Assembly (NCBI GenBank): GCA_019704295.1
Contig: AP024596.1
Coordinates: forward strand, 960,001 to 1,024,000
DNA: 64,000 nucleotides
Direction: 5' to 3'
Source of the DNA: Sulfolobales archaeon HS-7
GTDB taxonomy: Archaea; Thermoproteota; Thermoprotei_A; Sulfolobales; Sulfolobaceae
Shown: piece after piece, positions 21,257 through 31,419 of the stretch
How the letters are laid out: each line of letters begins with the position of its first letter
How positions within the stretch are numbered: position 1 is the first letter of the stretch
Translations under genes and position numbers: made by a program
The notes under the pieces: generated by a model
Told to the model about the DNA's origin: nothing
The model's input: only the letters and a program-made list of their open reading frames with translations
The model's database searches: none

Positions 21257-21433
21257 GGGAAAATCTCTCATTAGGCAGTGTATAACACACCTAACTCTGT
21301 AGAACACTAGAAATCATAGCTTCGGAAGATGTTATTGTATATGAGATAATCACTTGCTTTTTAAGGTCTGACCAAGTATAACTCCTTTAGGTCTTAGAAT
21401 CGTATAAGATTATACGATCAAGTAATGTAAACT

Positions 21434-21925
21434 TTACGGTCTATCGGAAACTGTCAGTAACGGCTTTTTCCTGACGTGACCTCCGCATACTTTACATCTT
21501 TTAATGGGTTCGCTAAACCTTTTTTTACAGCTATTACACACATATTCAAACCTTCTTGCATCTTTTATTCCAAACATCCTCACCGGATTAAATCTTATTT
21601 TAAAAATCTTGAGAATGTTCTGTAGTGAATAATCATCAGTAAACACTAACGAGTTATTAAAATCTAGAGCGAGCGCAGCAATAGAAATATCTGCATCTGA
21701 CAGGCTGAATTCCCCTATTCTTTTACACGTATCTTGGATTTTTGCTACTCCCTCTTTGCTGGGAGTTAATATTACTATTTTATTAGCGCTCAGACCTAGT
21801 TCTAAATTTGTCGAAGATCTGATGTCTTTAATCTCCTCAATAACTAGTTGCGTGGTAAATACTAGGCTGAAAAAGTTTTCCAGCCCCGCTATAAATGCGC
21901 CTGTGTCAAATATTACTTCGTCCAC
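21434..21925 (-). CDS. nob1: Nob1 PIN-domain rRNA-processing endonuclease
   Basis: DTGAFI, LSDADISIAALA, TDDYSLQN, C-terminal CxxC...CxxC zinc ribbon. Confidence 0.9.
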   Translation of the reverse strand: MDEVIFDTGAFIAGLENFFSLVFTTQLVIEEIKDIRSSTNLELGLSANKIVILTPSKEGVAKIQDTCKRIGEFSLSDADISIAALALDFNNSLVFTDDYSLQNILKIFKIRFNPVRMFGIKDARRFEYVCNSCKKRFSEPIKRCKVCGGHVRKKPLLTVSDRP

Positions 21926-22638
21926 GTTAACTTTCTCCTCTCATTATAAAACCTAAGGATTTTAGCCCTTTTATTACTTCTGTTTATTAATATTTCAGTA
22001 TCTTCATCTACAGTCCCAATAATGTTACCGTCAACGAAAGTTCTGGCTTGCCCCGTATGAAATATTGGCTTAACTCTTGCCACAATAGGATAGTTATTTA
22101 CAACATAAGATCTTACTGGAGCCAGGATCGGATTCAGTAAAGTTATTACGGTAGCATCAACGCCCCTTCCTAAATAAGGACCTAACGCCGATAAGGACCA
22201 TCCAGTACTGCCTTGCTGAGTCGATATGACCACACCGTCTCCCTCAAATTCCACTTCTATCTCGCCCGAACTTATGTTAATAGTTATGGTTTTTCCGTTA
22301 TTCGCCATAATCGCAAAGTCATTAAAAAAGTCATATCCATTCACATTCAGCATAGAATAGTCTTCTATCAAGTATTCAGAATTTTTAAGCCTGTCTAGAC
22401 AATCTTCAACTTTATCGGGCTCCACGTCAGCTAAAAAGGATCTCCTCCCTGCCTTGAAAGCCACTATAGGCTTTCCAAATCTTACTGCTCTTAAAAGCGT
22501 TCCGTCTCCTCCTATCGAGAAGACGACTTCGGGTTCATTCTGATCCTCGATAAATCCCCTTTTTTTGGCTTCAGTTCTTATTTTAGCCACAAGTTCAGAT
22601 ACGGATGAAGAGGGCTTATTCACTATGGCAAACTTCAT
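21913..22638 (-). CDS. nadK: NAD(+) kinase
   Basis: GGDGTLL, FND, GDGVVISTQQGSTGWSLSA. Confidence 0.92.
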   Translation of the reverse strand: MKFAIVNKPSSSVSELVAKIRTEAKKRGFIEDQNEPEVVFSIGGDGTLLRAVRFGKPIVAFKAGRRSFLADVEPDKVEDCLDRLKNSEYLIEDYSMLNVNGYDFFNDFAIMANNGKTITINISSGEIEVEFEGDGVVISTQQGSTGWSLSALGPYLGRGVDATVITLLNPILAPVRSYVVNNYPIVARVKPIFHTGQARTFVDGNIIGTVDEDTEILINRSNKRAKILRFYNERRKLTWTK

Positions 22639-22966
22639 TACGATCTACCTCTTATGGGATTAAGGTTTTATCATTATTGGGACTTGCTGTAAGGATGAGA
22701 CAGAACATTATACCTCTTTAGACTCTAATCGTCAATACGTCTTCCTTTAAGTACTCTAGCTTTAACGCTATTTAAGGAATCTCTAACTGGAAAACGCAAG
22801 TCATGTTATTTAGAATAAATTTATTTCAACTAATAAGATAATTCGATCTGTTGGGAACATAGCGAAAAAATCCTAAAAAATACGTTATTTTAAAGACATA
22901 TCATGAAAAGATTAAATATGAGTTGATATGTTTCGTAAGAGTTAGTAAAATGAAAGGTGATAGAAA

Positions 22967-23815
22967 ATTAACTGCGAAAAAAACAAGGTTTATGCAATGG
23001 ACTGTTTAGAAGGTATGCGTAAGTGTCTTGAAGATAAGTCTGTGGATGTCGTCGTAACTTCTCCCCCTTATAATATAGGTATTAAATATAACAAATATAA
23101 TGATACAATTCCTAGGAATCATTACCTAAATTGGATTGAAGATGTAGGGTTAGAGATTAGGCGTGTTTTAAAGGATGAAGGTTCTTTCTTCCTTAATATG
23201 GGTCACAAGCCATCAGATCCGTGGGTTCCATGGGAAGTGGCGTTTAGACTAAAGAAGTATTTTGTATTGCAAAACGTGATTATTTGGGTTAAAAGTATTG
23301 CAATACAAAAAAACGATACAGGGAATTATCCCAGTATTAGCGGAGACATTGCAGTAGGTCACTTTAAACCAATCAATGGTAAGCGATTCCTAAATAGTAA
23401 TTATGAATATATCTTTCATTTTACAAAAAGTGGAAAAGTAGAGCTTGACAGATTGGGGATCGGTGTCCCTTACCAGGATAAAACAAACATTGGACGATGG
23501 AATTCCGCAACTAAAGATTTAAGGTGTAGAGGAGATACGTGGTTTATTCCATATGAAACAATCCGAAGTAGGGAAAAAGAGAGGCCGCACCCTTCTACTT
23601 TTCCCCCTAAACTCCCAGAAATGTGTATACGACTTCACGGTTTGAATAAAGTGAACCTTGTCTTGGATCCCTTTATCGGAATAGGGAATACAGCACTTGC
23701 GTGTATTAGACTTGGATTAGATTGGATTGGTTTTGAAATAGATGAGTATTATGCGGATATTACAGAAAAAAGAGTTAAGGAGTACTTGTTACGGTCTGTT
23801 GAAAATGATCGATAA
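22967..23815 (+). CDS. Beta-class N4-cytosine DNA methyltransferase, M.MjaV-like, no adjacent endonuclease
   Basis: VVVTSPPY (motif IV) precedes HPSTFP and [10 protein letters not shown] (motif I). In-frame NKVYA lies upstream of MDCLEG; start proposed at ATT 22967 (ORF track: ATG 22997). Confidence 0.85.
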   Translation: MNCEKNKVYAMDCLEGMRKCLEDKSVDVVVTSPPYNIGIKYNKYNDTIPRNHYLNWIEDVGLEIRRVLKDEGSFFLNMGHKPSDPWVPWEVAFRLKKYFVLQNVIIWVKSIAIQKNDTGNYPSISGDIAVGHFKPINGKRFLNSNYEYIFHFTKSGKVELDRLGIGVPYQDKTNIGRWNSATKDLRCRGDTWFIPYETIRSREKERPHPSTFPPKLPEMCIRLHGLNKVNLVLDPFIGIGNTALACIRLGLDWIGFEIDEYYADITEKRVKEYLLRSVENDR

Positions 23816-23934
23816 AGTATATATGTTTGTTTTTATTTATAATAATAATTAGTTTTACTATAAATGATACAGTTTCAAGTAGAGGTGTAGATTTTCCGTC
23901 TTACGCGAAAATTATACACTTTCTTCGACTCTAG

Positions 23935-24300
23935 ATAGCATGTAATGTGTAATACTATTTAGTTAATTTATTAACTAAATTTTTATAGTAAGAGTAAGCA
24001 ATACGTAGCTCAGTTAGAGAGGTAACATTCTTGATCAGGATCACGAGAGATTAAACTCCTTTATCAACCTCTTATGTTTATAATATCTTGTGGTACCCTT
24101 GGTAAACAATGATCACAATGGACTAAAAAGGTCTTACTTAGCCTTGATTCTCGAAAAATACGTGATTACTCACTAATACTTAATAACTGACTTTATATAA
24201 TTTCTCATTTTATAATTAAATCTATTTCATTCTTAATATATCTATTCTATAATTTATTATTTTATTTAGCTATTTATCTTTATTATATACTAATGTATTA
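23935..24300 (+). mobile_element. TIR-MITE family A, degenerate copy
   Basis: TTTATTAACTAAATTTTTAT, GAGAGATTAAACTCCTTT and TAGCCTTGATTCTCGAAAAAT blocks shared with the IS at 25910-27179. Confidence 0.7.
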
Positions 24301-24439
24301 TTACTTAATTAATCTCCTAAAATAGAAGTCAATGTTTCCCTACTTTAATCGAAATTTGGTTAATTTCTAACTCTCTTGAGCGAGATTTTTCCATATTTTA
24401 GAAATTGTCCCATTTTTAGTAAAATTGATTAAGCACGAA

Positions 24440-24566
24440 AGCAAGGGAGTTTAATCTCTTGTAATTTTCTTACATTACTGTTTTAATTATATGTAATAAG
24501 ATGAATTATTCCTATATACCAAAGTTTAGTTAATAAAGTAAATAACATTTACTCTACATTAACACC
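24440..24566 (-). repeat. TIR-MITE family A, left portion
   Basis: GGGAGTTTAATCTCTTGTAATT and TTATTCCTA...AAAGTAAATAACATT are reverse complements of family A blocks. Confidence 0.6.
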
Positions 24567-24719
24567 GCCACTGTTTCCTAAATTGTCCTATCTTTAAAAA
24601 TAACGTAATACCATCAATTACATCTACAGCAAGGGGCTTAAAGCAATCCTACTCATGTGCTGATAACTGTAATAGCTTTTATAGAGGTTAACCTTCCTTA
24701 TATTTGTAGAATATTTGGC

Positions 24720-25475
24720 CTACTTATGTCCGCGATTTTCAGAACCAAACATGCTAACTATCTTATTTAAGGCGTTTCTCATATTCTCTATACCACTTAG
24801 TTTAGTTGCGAACTCATCGGCCTCACTTTCCATTGTTAGATTTACCTCTTTGAATATTGCATACGAGAATGGGTTTACTGAATAAAGGGGGAGGAATATA
24901 TACAGCATCATTTTCTTCCTGGTATGATGAAGTCTTATATGGGCATATTCGTGAAGTATGACTGCCCTTACTTCCTCTTTTTCCATTGACTCCAGTAAAC
25001 CTACCGAGAGAATAATAATTGCTCTCCCTAGTAACGAAAACGAGTAGGCCAACGGCTTTCCACTATTTATTACTCTTATACTTACTTTGTCGAGATCTTG
25101 ATTAATCACGTCCTTAACATAAGCCGAAGTTGAAGGGTCTCTAATCATAACATTAAGTAGGGTAACTCTAAATATTATCAACCTTGTTATGAGAGATATC
25201 CCAACAACTACCGCTAGTATAAAGGCTGGATCGTGCAAATATACTCGCCTTATAAAAATCTGTGCCCAAAGGTATTCGTTTATTTTTCTCCCTATTATGT
25301 TGAGTATAAGGAAAATAGGTTTAAACTCCTCGGTTAGGAGAGGTAACGAGGATACTATAAACGAAAAAATTGTGAAAATATGCCTCTTAATAAAATAAAA
25401 ACCTAAAAAAATCGAGACTACATATGCAATGATAAATTGGGGTGGGAATATGTGTAGGAAAAAACTAGGGTGCAA
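24720..25475 (-). CDS. Membrane zinc metallopeptidase, M56/M48 (BlaR1-like N-terminal module)
   Basis: N-terminal TM helices, PLAYS, IILSVGLL, RAVILHEYAH, ESEADEFA; no C-terminal sensor domain. Confidence 0.85.
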   Translation of the reverse strand: MHPSFFLHIFPPQFIIAYVVSIFLGFYFIKRHIFTIFSFIVSSLPLLTEEFKPIFLILNIIGRKINEYLWAQIFIRRVYLHDPAFILAVVVGISLITRLIIFRVTLLNVMIRDPSTSAYVKDVINQDLDKVSIRVINSGKPLAYSFSLLGRAIIILSVGLLESMEKEEVRAVILHEYAHIRLHHTRKKMMLYIFLPLYSVNPFSYAIFKEVNLTMESEADEFATKLSGIENMRNALNKIVSMFGSENRGHK

Positions 25476-25824
25476 TTTTTTCTAACCTCCTTCTCAATTC
25501 CTCAATATCCTTACTACCTAAGATAGAAGCGATCAATGGATCTTCTAATTTTTCAATAACCCCCTGGACAGCCTTTCTTAGTAACTCTTTAGCAAATTCT
25601 TCCTTACTGATTCTGGGATAATACACGTATCTCAATCCACCGTCCTTAGTCAGGTACCTCCCTACTAAGCCCTTGTGATAAAGTCTATCAAGTATCGTTG
25701 ACACAGTTGTGGGAGCTATATCCCTCTCTTTCTTCAACTCATCATAAACGTCCTTAACGTATACCTTGTTTTTTTGCCAAACTACATCCATTATCTTTTT
25801 CTCTAAATCCCCTAGTTCACTCAT
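25465..25824 (-). CDS. BlaI/MecI/CopY family transcriptional repressor
   Basis: LGDLEKKIMDVVW, IAPTTVSTILDRLYHKGLV, YVYYP; overlaps the peptidase start. Confidence 0.92.
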   Translation of the reverse strand: MSELGDLEKKIMDVVWQKNKVYVKDVYDELKKERDIAPTTVSTILDRLYHKGLVGRYLTKDGGLRYVYYPRISKEEFAKELLRKAVQGVIEKLEDPLIASILGSKDIEELRRRLEKIAP

Positions 25825-25909
25825 GTTTTGATGTACTCCAGTCTCTTTCCACAGTATTATATCTTACCTTTGAGAATATACTAAGTTCGATTTGATCGTT
25901 TCATCTCGT

Positions 25910-27179
25910 GACAGTGTCTAATGCACAATAAATGTAATCTACTTTATTAACTAAATTTTTATGAGAAAGACAAATTCAAAGAACTTACATGGAAGGGTAA
26001 TACTTAAGGGGGATTACACCTAGATTATACCGTGGTTCAGATTTATTCCGACGTAATCCCCCAAGAGTTGGGTTGGAAGAGTAAATATCTTTTGGAGTGC
26101 GAGGAAATCCTGAGTGAGTTAGAGGACGTAATTGAAAGGGAGTTCAAGGATCACGAGTTCTCCAAGTACTAACGTGGTCTACTTGAAGATGATGATCGTG
26201 AGAGTGCTTTTCAAAGAGTCGTATAGGGGAGTAATTGTGCTAGCGGTTACCAATGAAGTGGTCAAGGTTTTCCTCGGCGTTAAAGAGGTTCCCTCGAGGT
26301 CCTCTTGAACTGGTTTGCGTACGAATACGAAGATAGAATAAGGGATCTGCTCCTCAAGGTCTTCAGGCGATTAGAGTCGCGAGTTAACGAGGAGCAACTT
26401 CCACCACTTCCCAGCGAAGGAGAAGTTCGGAAGGCAAAGGTTGATAGCTTTCCCGTGGAGCCTCCTCACGGGGAAAAGAGCGTGGAAACGCACAGAAACT
26501 TGTACTGGATCTCAGGGAAATTGATCCAAGGAGGAAACCTCATGAAGTACTTGCGACGCTCGATGAGAGGAAAAGGGATCAACTCTTTTCTCTCATTTCC
26601 GAGAAATTACACCCTTGGGGACATGAGGGAAGCTGGGGAAAGAAGTGAGGCAGAACTTGGTTCGGAGGGAAGTGCTTCGCCGGGTTCTCCTTAAGACCCT
26701 CATGGTTTGCAAGGTTAAGATAGTTCCAGCCAAAGTTTCAACTTTAAGTCTCCCGTCTGCAACGTGATCACGCTTGTAGACAGAGGGTTTGTAGAGAAAG
26801 GCAAGGTGATCAGAGTCAAGAGGGGCTTGGAAATACTGAGAGGTGGTGTAGAGTTCTTTGACACTTTCCTCAGAACATGAGGCCTTACGCGAGGAGCATA
26901 AGGGATTGAACGTCTTTGCCAACCTCTTGGGCCTAGCCTACAATATTCAGCGATTTAGGTCCATTAACAAACGTTAAAATCTCCACTTAAAACCCGGCTA
27001 GAGAAGCTCGTCCCTAGCCTTGATTCTCGAAAAATCGAGATTACTTGCAAGTGTACTTAATAAACTAGTTTTATATTGTTTCTTCACTAGTAATTAAGCG
27101 AATTTAATTCTAGATCTACGTGTTTTATAACTTTTTACTTTATTTAGTTATTCACTTTAATTATATATTGGACACTGTC
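25910..27179 (+). mobile_element. Decayed IS5/IS4-like DDE insertion sequence, 1270 bp
   Basis: TIRs GACAGTGTCTAAT / ATTGGACACTGTC; TCGT direct repeat at 25906-25909 and 27180-27183; higher-GC interior. Confidence 0.8.
26032..26977 (+). pseudogene. DDE transposase pseudogene
   Basis: Fragments ESYRGV...FLGVKEVPSRS, KVDSFPVE, VDRGF and NVFANLLGLAYNI lie in several frames with stops. Confidence 0.75.
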
Positions 27180-27183
27180 TCGT

Positions 27184-27546
27184 GACACTATTTAGTATGT
27201 AATTAATGTTATTTACTTTAAAAACTAGATTTTGAGGATGTAGGAATAACCCCCTTACACTACTCAATTATGAGATAGAAGAGAATTACAAGAGATTAAA
27301 TTTCTCTGCCAACTCCCTAAGCTTGAAATATCCAGTGTTACACTCTGTAAACTTTGAACTCATCGTAGAGGAAATTTAGATGTTAGTTTTGATTCTTGAA
27401 AGATATACAATTACTTTTGATTATATCCAATGTAATAATTTTATATTATTTCCTTCATTTAGTGAAGCGAATTCAAACCTAGATAGACGTGCTTTAAAAC
27501 GTTTAACTTTATCTAGTTATTTATATTAATTACGCATTAGACATTT
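27184..27546 (+). mobile_element. TIR-MITE family A, complete copy directly tandem to the IS
   Basis: Ends GACACTATTTAGTATGTAATTAAT and ATTAATTACGCATTAGACATTT; followed by TCGT. Confidence 0.8.
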
Positions 27547-27550
27547 TCGT

Positions 27551-27721
27551 GAGACTGTAATTGGAGCAGGAGCATATCATATCTACCTTCGCTTAGGAGC
27601 CTCGGTAATGCTTACTATCTCAGTGAGTCTCATCTACATATTTAGCTGCGGGTCAACTTAGACTTAGGCAAAGAGGGAAATCATCCTCGCGGATCTTCCG
27701 CTTACTTAATCACCTATTAAG
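27551..27721 (-). mobile_element. SMN1-like MITE, left half (interrupted)
   Basis: Minus strand: TTTAT|CTTAATAGG...GCGGAAGATCC...CCTAAGCGAAGG...CCTGCTCCAAT, aligning with the 8591 and 55801 copies. Confidence 0.65.
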
Positions 27722-27755
27722 ATAAACTATTATTTACTTTCATAGCAAGAAAAAT

Positions 27756-28019
27756 TCATTGTATTAAACGGAGGATCTCCTCTAAAACTGATTGCGGAAA
27801 GTTTTGGACTCTCTTTACGATCTCTACAACCGAATCAAAGGATGTAAATGTATAAACTTCCTTTCTCCCGCCGTCCTCAATTACCTCCAAAACTACCTCC
27901 TTCATTGAGTTTTCAGTTAAAATTCTATACCCTATCAAATATCCATCCTTTATAGGATATTCCTTCTTTACACCAGACTGGTCAAAATACTCCTTCTTAA
28001 ATCCCTCAACCGATATCAT
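27756..28019 (-). CDS. Hypothetical protein
   Basis: 87-aa ORF with normal composition and TATA-like CTTATA about 25 nt upstream. Confidence 0.7.
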   Translation of the reverse strand: MISVEGFKKEYFDQSGVKKEYPIKDGYLIGYRILTENSMKEVVLEVIEDGGRKEVYTFTSFDSVVEIVKRVQNFPQSVLEEILRLIQ

Positions 28020-28547
28020 AGTATAGTATATGTCTGTACTCCGGTATAAGCTTGTTTATTAATGTATTTGACTACAATTAAAATAACTTAAACTTCTAGC
28101 CGAACTGATTTGATAAATACCTTTTTCCACAGCTTAAATTATTCAAGAGTAGTAAAGGTCATCATTCAAACTAAATTACTTGCATTCAAAGAACATTCCT
28201 CCCCGGTTCATGATTATATATGTTCCAATAAGAAGGAGGCAAAGCTCTATTAACATTAAGGAGGGCTCTATTGCTATCTATTTTAGAATGCCTAATGCCG
28301 TTCTAGAGTGTAAGGAATTAAGTAAATACAAGCACATCCCAAAGTCGACGCATAATCTTAAGGTATGTACCATTAATTCTAAATTAAATCAAAGCGTTTT
28401 AAGATACAGTTTATCTTTATATGATTTCATTAATAAAAACTTTATGGATACAGGGTTATTTTTTATTAACATTTTACAAGTCTAAACCATAAAATACTTT
28501 CGCACATGCCTCATTTTATTTTAGGAAAGTCTCAGTATCGAAGAAAC

Positions 28548-29018
28548 ATGATTAAGAAATGTAGAAAAAGTAAAAATAGGTTCGGTATATCCTCTATCCT
28601 TGGAACGATTATAGTGATAGCGATTACTGTAGCTTTAGGAGGTCTTCTATATACATATAGTAAGGGATTATTTCAATCAATGTCTCAGAATTCTCTATAC
28701 GAGGCGTCGGCGCAAATAGTAGTAAATCCAGACTCAAATGTAGCTTTGCTAGAATATAGTATTCAAAATACTGGAAATACTCAGTTTTACTTACAGAAGA
28801 TAGTGATATTAAGCACCTCGTCTGGTTCACAATCATCCTCTAACGTTTCCGTTAAGATCACTCCTCAGGTTATTCAACCAGGTCAGACTACGGAAAACGT
28901 TACAACGATAGTCGGGAACGTAACGGCGGGTAATTATTATACTGTCATATTTTATATAACGATGCCTAATGGAAAAACCCTAACCTCCACTGAGAACGTA
29001 TTAGCTACAATAAGCTAA
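28548..29018 (+). CDS. Archaeal type IV pilin-like protein
   Basis: Class III signal peptide KNRFG|ISSILGTIIVIAITVAL; start probably ATG 28548. Confidence 0.85.
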   Translation: MIKKCRKSKNRFGISSILGTIIVIAITVALGGLLYTYSKGLFQSMSQNSLYEASAQIVVNPDSNVALLEYSIQNTGNTQFYLQKIVILSTSSGSQSSSNVSVKITPQVIQPGQTTENVTTIVGNVTAGNYYTVIFYITMPNGKTLTSTENVLATIS

Positions 29019-29037
29019 CTAACGGGAGGAGTAATTA

Positions 29038-29421
29038 GTGAAAGGGGTTTCTGAAGTTCTAGGAAGCATCATAACACTAGCCGTACTATTAGCACTACTC
29101 TCACCATTATTATATTATTTTTTCTCATATACAAATATTACTAGTGTTGCAATAAACAATGATATAAGTATTGATAGATCGGCAATATTAACATGTCTCT
29201 CCATAATAGTTTTGGGAAATACCTCTAGCGAAGTGTTTCTGTATAACTATGGAAATATAGAAATACATATAACTAGAGTCGTACTAAATGATCGCCTCCT
29301 TACTACCGATTACACTATCCAACCACATAATATCGTCAGGTTATCATCAATGATAGGAGATATGAAAATATCGACCCCAATAATAATATATGCAAACAAT
29401 ATAATTATTTCCTCTAATTGA
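29038..29421 (+). CDS. Second archaeal type IV pilin-like protein
   Basis: MKG|VSEVLGSIITLAVLLAL, LYNYG. Confidence 0.8.
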   Translation: MKGVSEVLGSIITLAVLLALLSPLLYYFFSYTNITSVAINNDISIDRSAILTCLSIIVLGNTSSEVFLYNYGNIEIHITRVVLNDRLLTTDYTIQPHNIVRLSSMIGDMKISTPIIIYANNIIISSN

Positions 29422-29433
29422 ATTTTTTAATTA

Positions 29434-30237
29434 CTAAGTTATTAGCTGAAAAGTTATCCTTTCTGCTCTGTCTAAGTTAATCTCCATCATGTTTTCCCTT
29501 TCGTATAATCTACCCTTAATGAAAATCCTTGTACCTTCCTTTAATTCTGAATACCTAATTCTATAAGACGTGAGTAAATAATCTCCAGCTTTATAAATAA
29601 GGGGCATAGAAAAAGGGCGTAAACTCTCATCGATATTAACGATCCCCTCAAATTGATAACTCCTTAATACGGGTTTAAAATGCACGCATTGCACTATTTT
29701 GAAAGTATAAGGTGTTTCTTGATATACTCCTTCCAAATATCGTTTTCTCTTGAGAAATAACATGTCATCTTTACCCATTCCCTCTATTTCATCATATCTA
29801 ACATAAGATAGGGGTGACGTGATTCCCATTTCCCTCAATCTCACTAGTTTGTTATAATTTTCAGGATTAAATGATATTAAATCAATATCATTTCCTTCTC
29901 CCTTGTATAACAGACTTCCGGTTATTCCCACGTCTTTAAAATACATTGTAAACTCCGTCCTTGAAGTGATTTCGAACGGATCGAGAACTTCAGCATCTGC
30001 TGTAGGTACAGCGGGTACGTATTCTCCTATATCATCGAAATACGTTACCAACTTAGGATACTTTATCCTCACGATTTTCATTCCATCTGCTAAGGTCTTA
30101 ATTTTCTCTCCAGTAGCAATATTGTACCTTGGCATACCTATTATGTAGTCATCCGGTTGAAAGCATCCCTTTACCGCCCATATATATTTGTCATATTTTA
30201 TCATGTAACCTTCTACAGGCTTATCATTTGGATACAC
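29434..30237 (-). CDS. Putative pol-beta-like nucleotidyltransferase domain protein
   Basis: VGITGSLL...NDIDL motif; GTG 30237 directly follows the amrS stop (the longer ORF overlaps amrS). Confidence 0.65.
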   Translation of the reverse strand: MYPNDKPVEGYMIKYDKYIWAVKGCFQPDDYIIGMPRYNIATGEKIKTLADGMKIVRIKYPKLVTYFDDIGEYVPAVPTADAEVLDPFEITSRTEFTMYFKDVGITGSLLYKGEGNDIDLISFNPENYNKLVRLREMGITSPLSYVRYDEIEGMGKDDMLFLKRKRYLEGVYQETPYTFKIVQCVHFKPVLRSYQFEGIVNIDESLRPFSMPLIYKAGDYLLTSYRIRYSELKEGTRIFIKGRLYERENMMEINLDRAERITFQLIT

Positions 30238-30238
30238 C

Positions 30239-31297
30239 CTATAACCACACCTGCTCAAATCTGTCTTCAAACGCGTGTTTAGAAAGCTTTCCCTCAATTG
30301 GTATCTTGTTATCACAGAACTTACACCGCATGTCCTCGGTTAAGTTCCATGATAAGATTCTAAACCCGTTCCTTCTAATTACTTCTCTTCCGCAGTTATG
30401 ACAATAGGTGTTCTCGAACGGGTGGCCGGGAACATTTCCAAGGTATACGTAATTAAGACCTTCCTCCTTAGCAACTTTATAATGTGCTTCCAATAAAGGT
30501 ATGGGAGTATGGGGGATTCCCATCAACTTATAATCTGAATGAAACCTCAAGAAATGTAATGGTGTATCAGGACCTAATTTATCTACTATAAACCTTGCAA
30601 GTCTTCTGGCGTTTTCTAAACTGGCTCCTATCTCAGGTATAACAAGATCGGTTATTTCAACGTGAATTCCAGCTTTCTTTAAACCCTCAGCCGTTTCGAA
30701 TATAGGCTCCGGCCCAGAAGCACCGACATATCTTTTCAAGAATTTTTCATCTCCATTACCCTTAAAATCGATTGTTGCCGCAGATAGGAATTCCCTTAAA
30801 TAGCCTACTAACTCTGGAGTTCCGTATCCATTAGTTACGTATATTGTAAAAATATTATATTTCCTCGCAATTTTCGAAACATCCTGTGCAAATTCCGAAA
30901 ATATTATTGGTTCATTATAGGTGAATGCTATACCATCACTTTCATACGCTCGTGCCATGTCAACTATTTCACTAGGATCAAGCTCTACACCTTCTACTTT
31001 TCGTCGCTGACTTATTTCATAGTTTTGACAGTATGCACACATCCAGGAACAGCCTGTTGTAGAAAAGGAAAATATACGACTACCAGGATTAAAATGAACA
31101 ACTGGTTTTTTTTCAATAGGGTCTATGGCTACAGAAGCTACTCGGCCGTAAACGTCCAAGTATAGACTGCCGTTAATGTTGGTCCTAACTCCGCAGAATC
31201 CTGTTTGCCCTTCCCTGAGAAGACATCGCCTAGCACAGGCAACACACCTCAAAGCGTTTCCTTCACCTCTAATATAAAGTGATGCCTCCTTCCCCAT
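30239..31297 (-). CDS. amrS: AmmeMemoRadiSam system radical SAM enzyme
   Basis: CVACARRC...[44 protein letters not shown]-terminal Zn ribbon. Confidence 0.92.
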   Translation of the reverse strand: MGKEASLYIRGEGNALRCVACARRCLLREGQTGFCGVRTNINGSLYLDVYGRVASVAIDPIEKKPVVHFNPGSRIFSFSTTGCSWMCAYCQNYEISQRRKVEGVELDPSEIVDMARAYESDGIAFTYNEPIIFSEFAQDVSKIARKYNIFTIYVTNGYGTPELVGYLREFLSAATIDFKGNGDEKFLKRYVGASGPEPIFETAEGLKKAGIHVEITDLVIPEIGASLENARRLARFIVDKLGPDTPLHFLRFHSDYKLMGIPHTPIPLLEAHYKVAKEEGLNYVYLGNVPGHPFENTYCHNCGREVIRRNGFRILSWNLTEDMRCKFCDNKIPIEGKLSKHAFEDRFEQVWL

Positions 31298-31419
31298 ATC
31301 TACTCTAATATTGTATCTTGATAATTAAGTACCTTACGTATTACAATTCAAAGTAAAGTGTGTCTTAAGTGGTTAAAAAGCTCAACAGCACTGTTTAGAT
31401 GAAGACATATAAGACTTGA

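Larger units (their letters stand above)
19620..21300 (-). mobile_element. Decayed IS607-family element (ISC1904-like)
   Basis: Overlapping serine-resolvase and tnpB remnants in IS607 arrangement; boundaries approximate. Confidence 0.8.

Noticed and set aside
28180-28485. 101-aa ORF upstream of the pilins
   Set aside because: TTG start, no SD or motif, atypical composition; probably spurious
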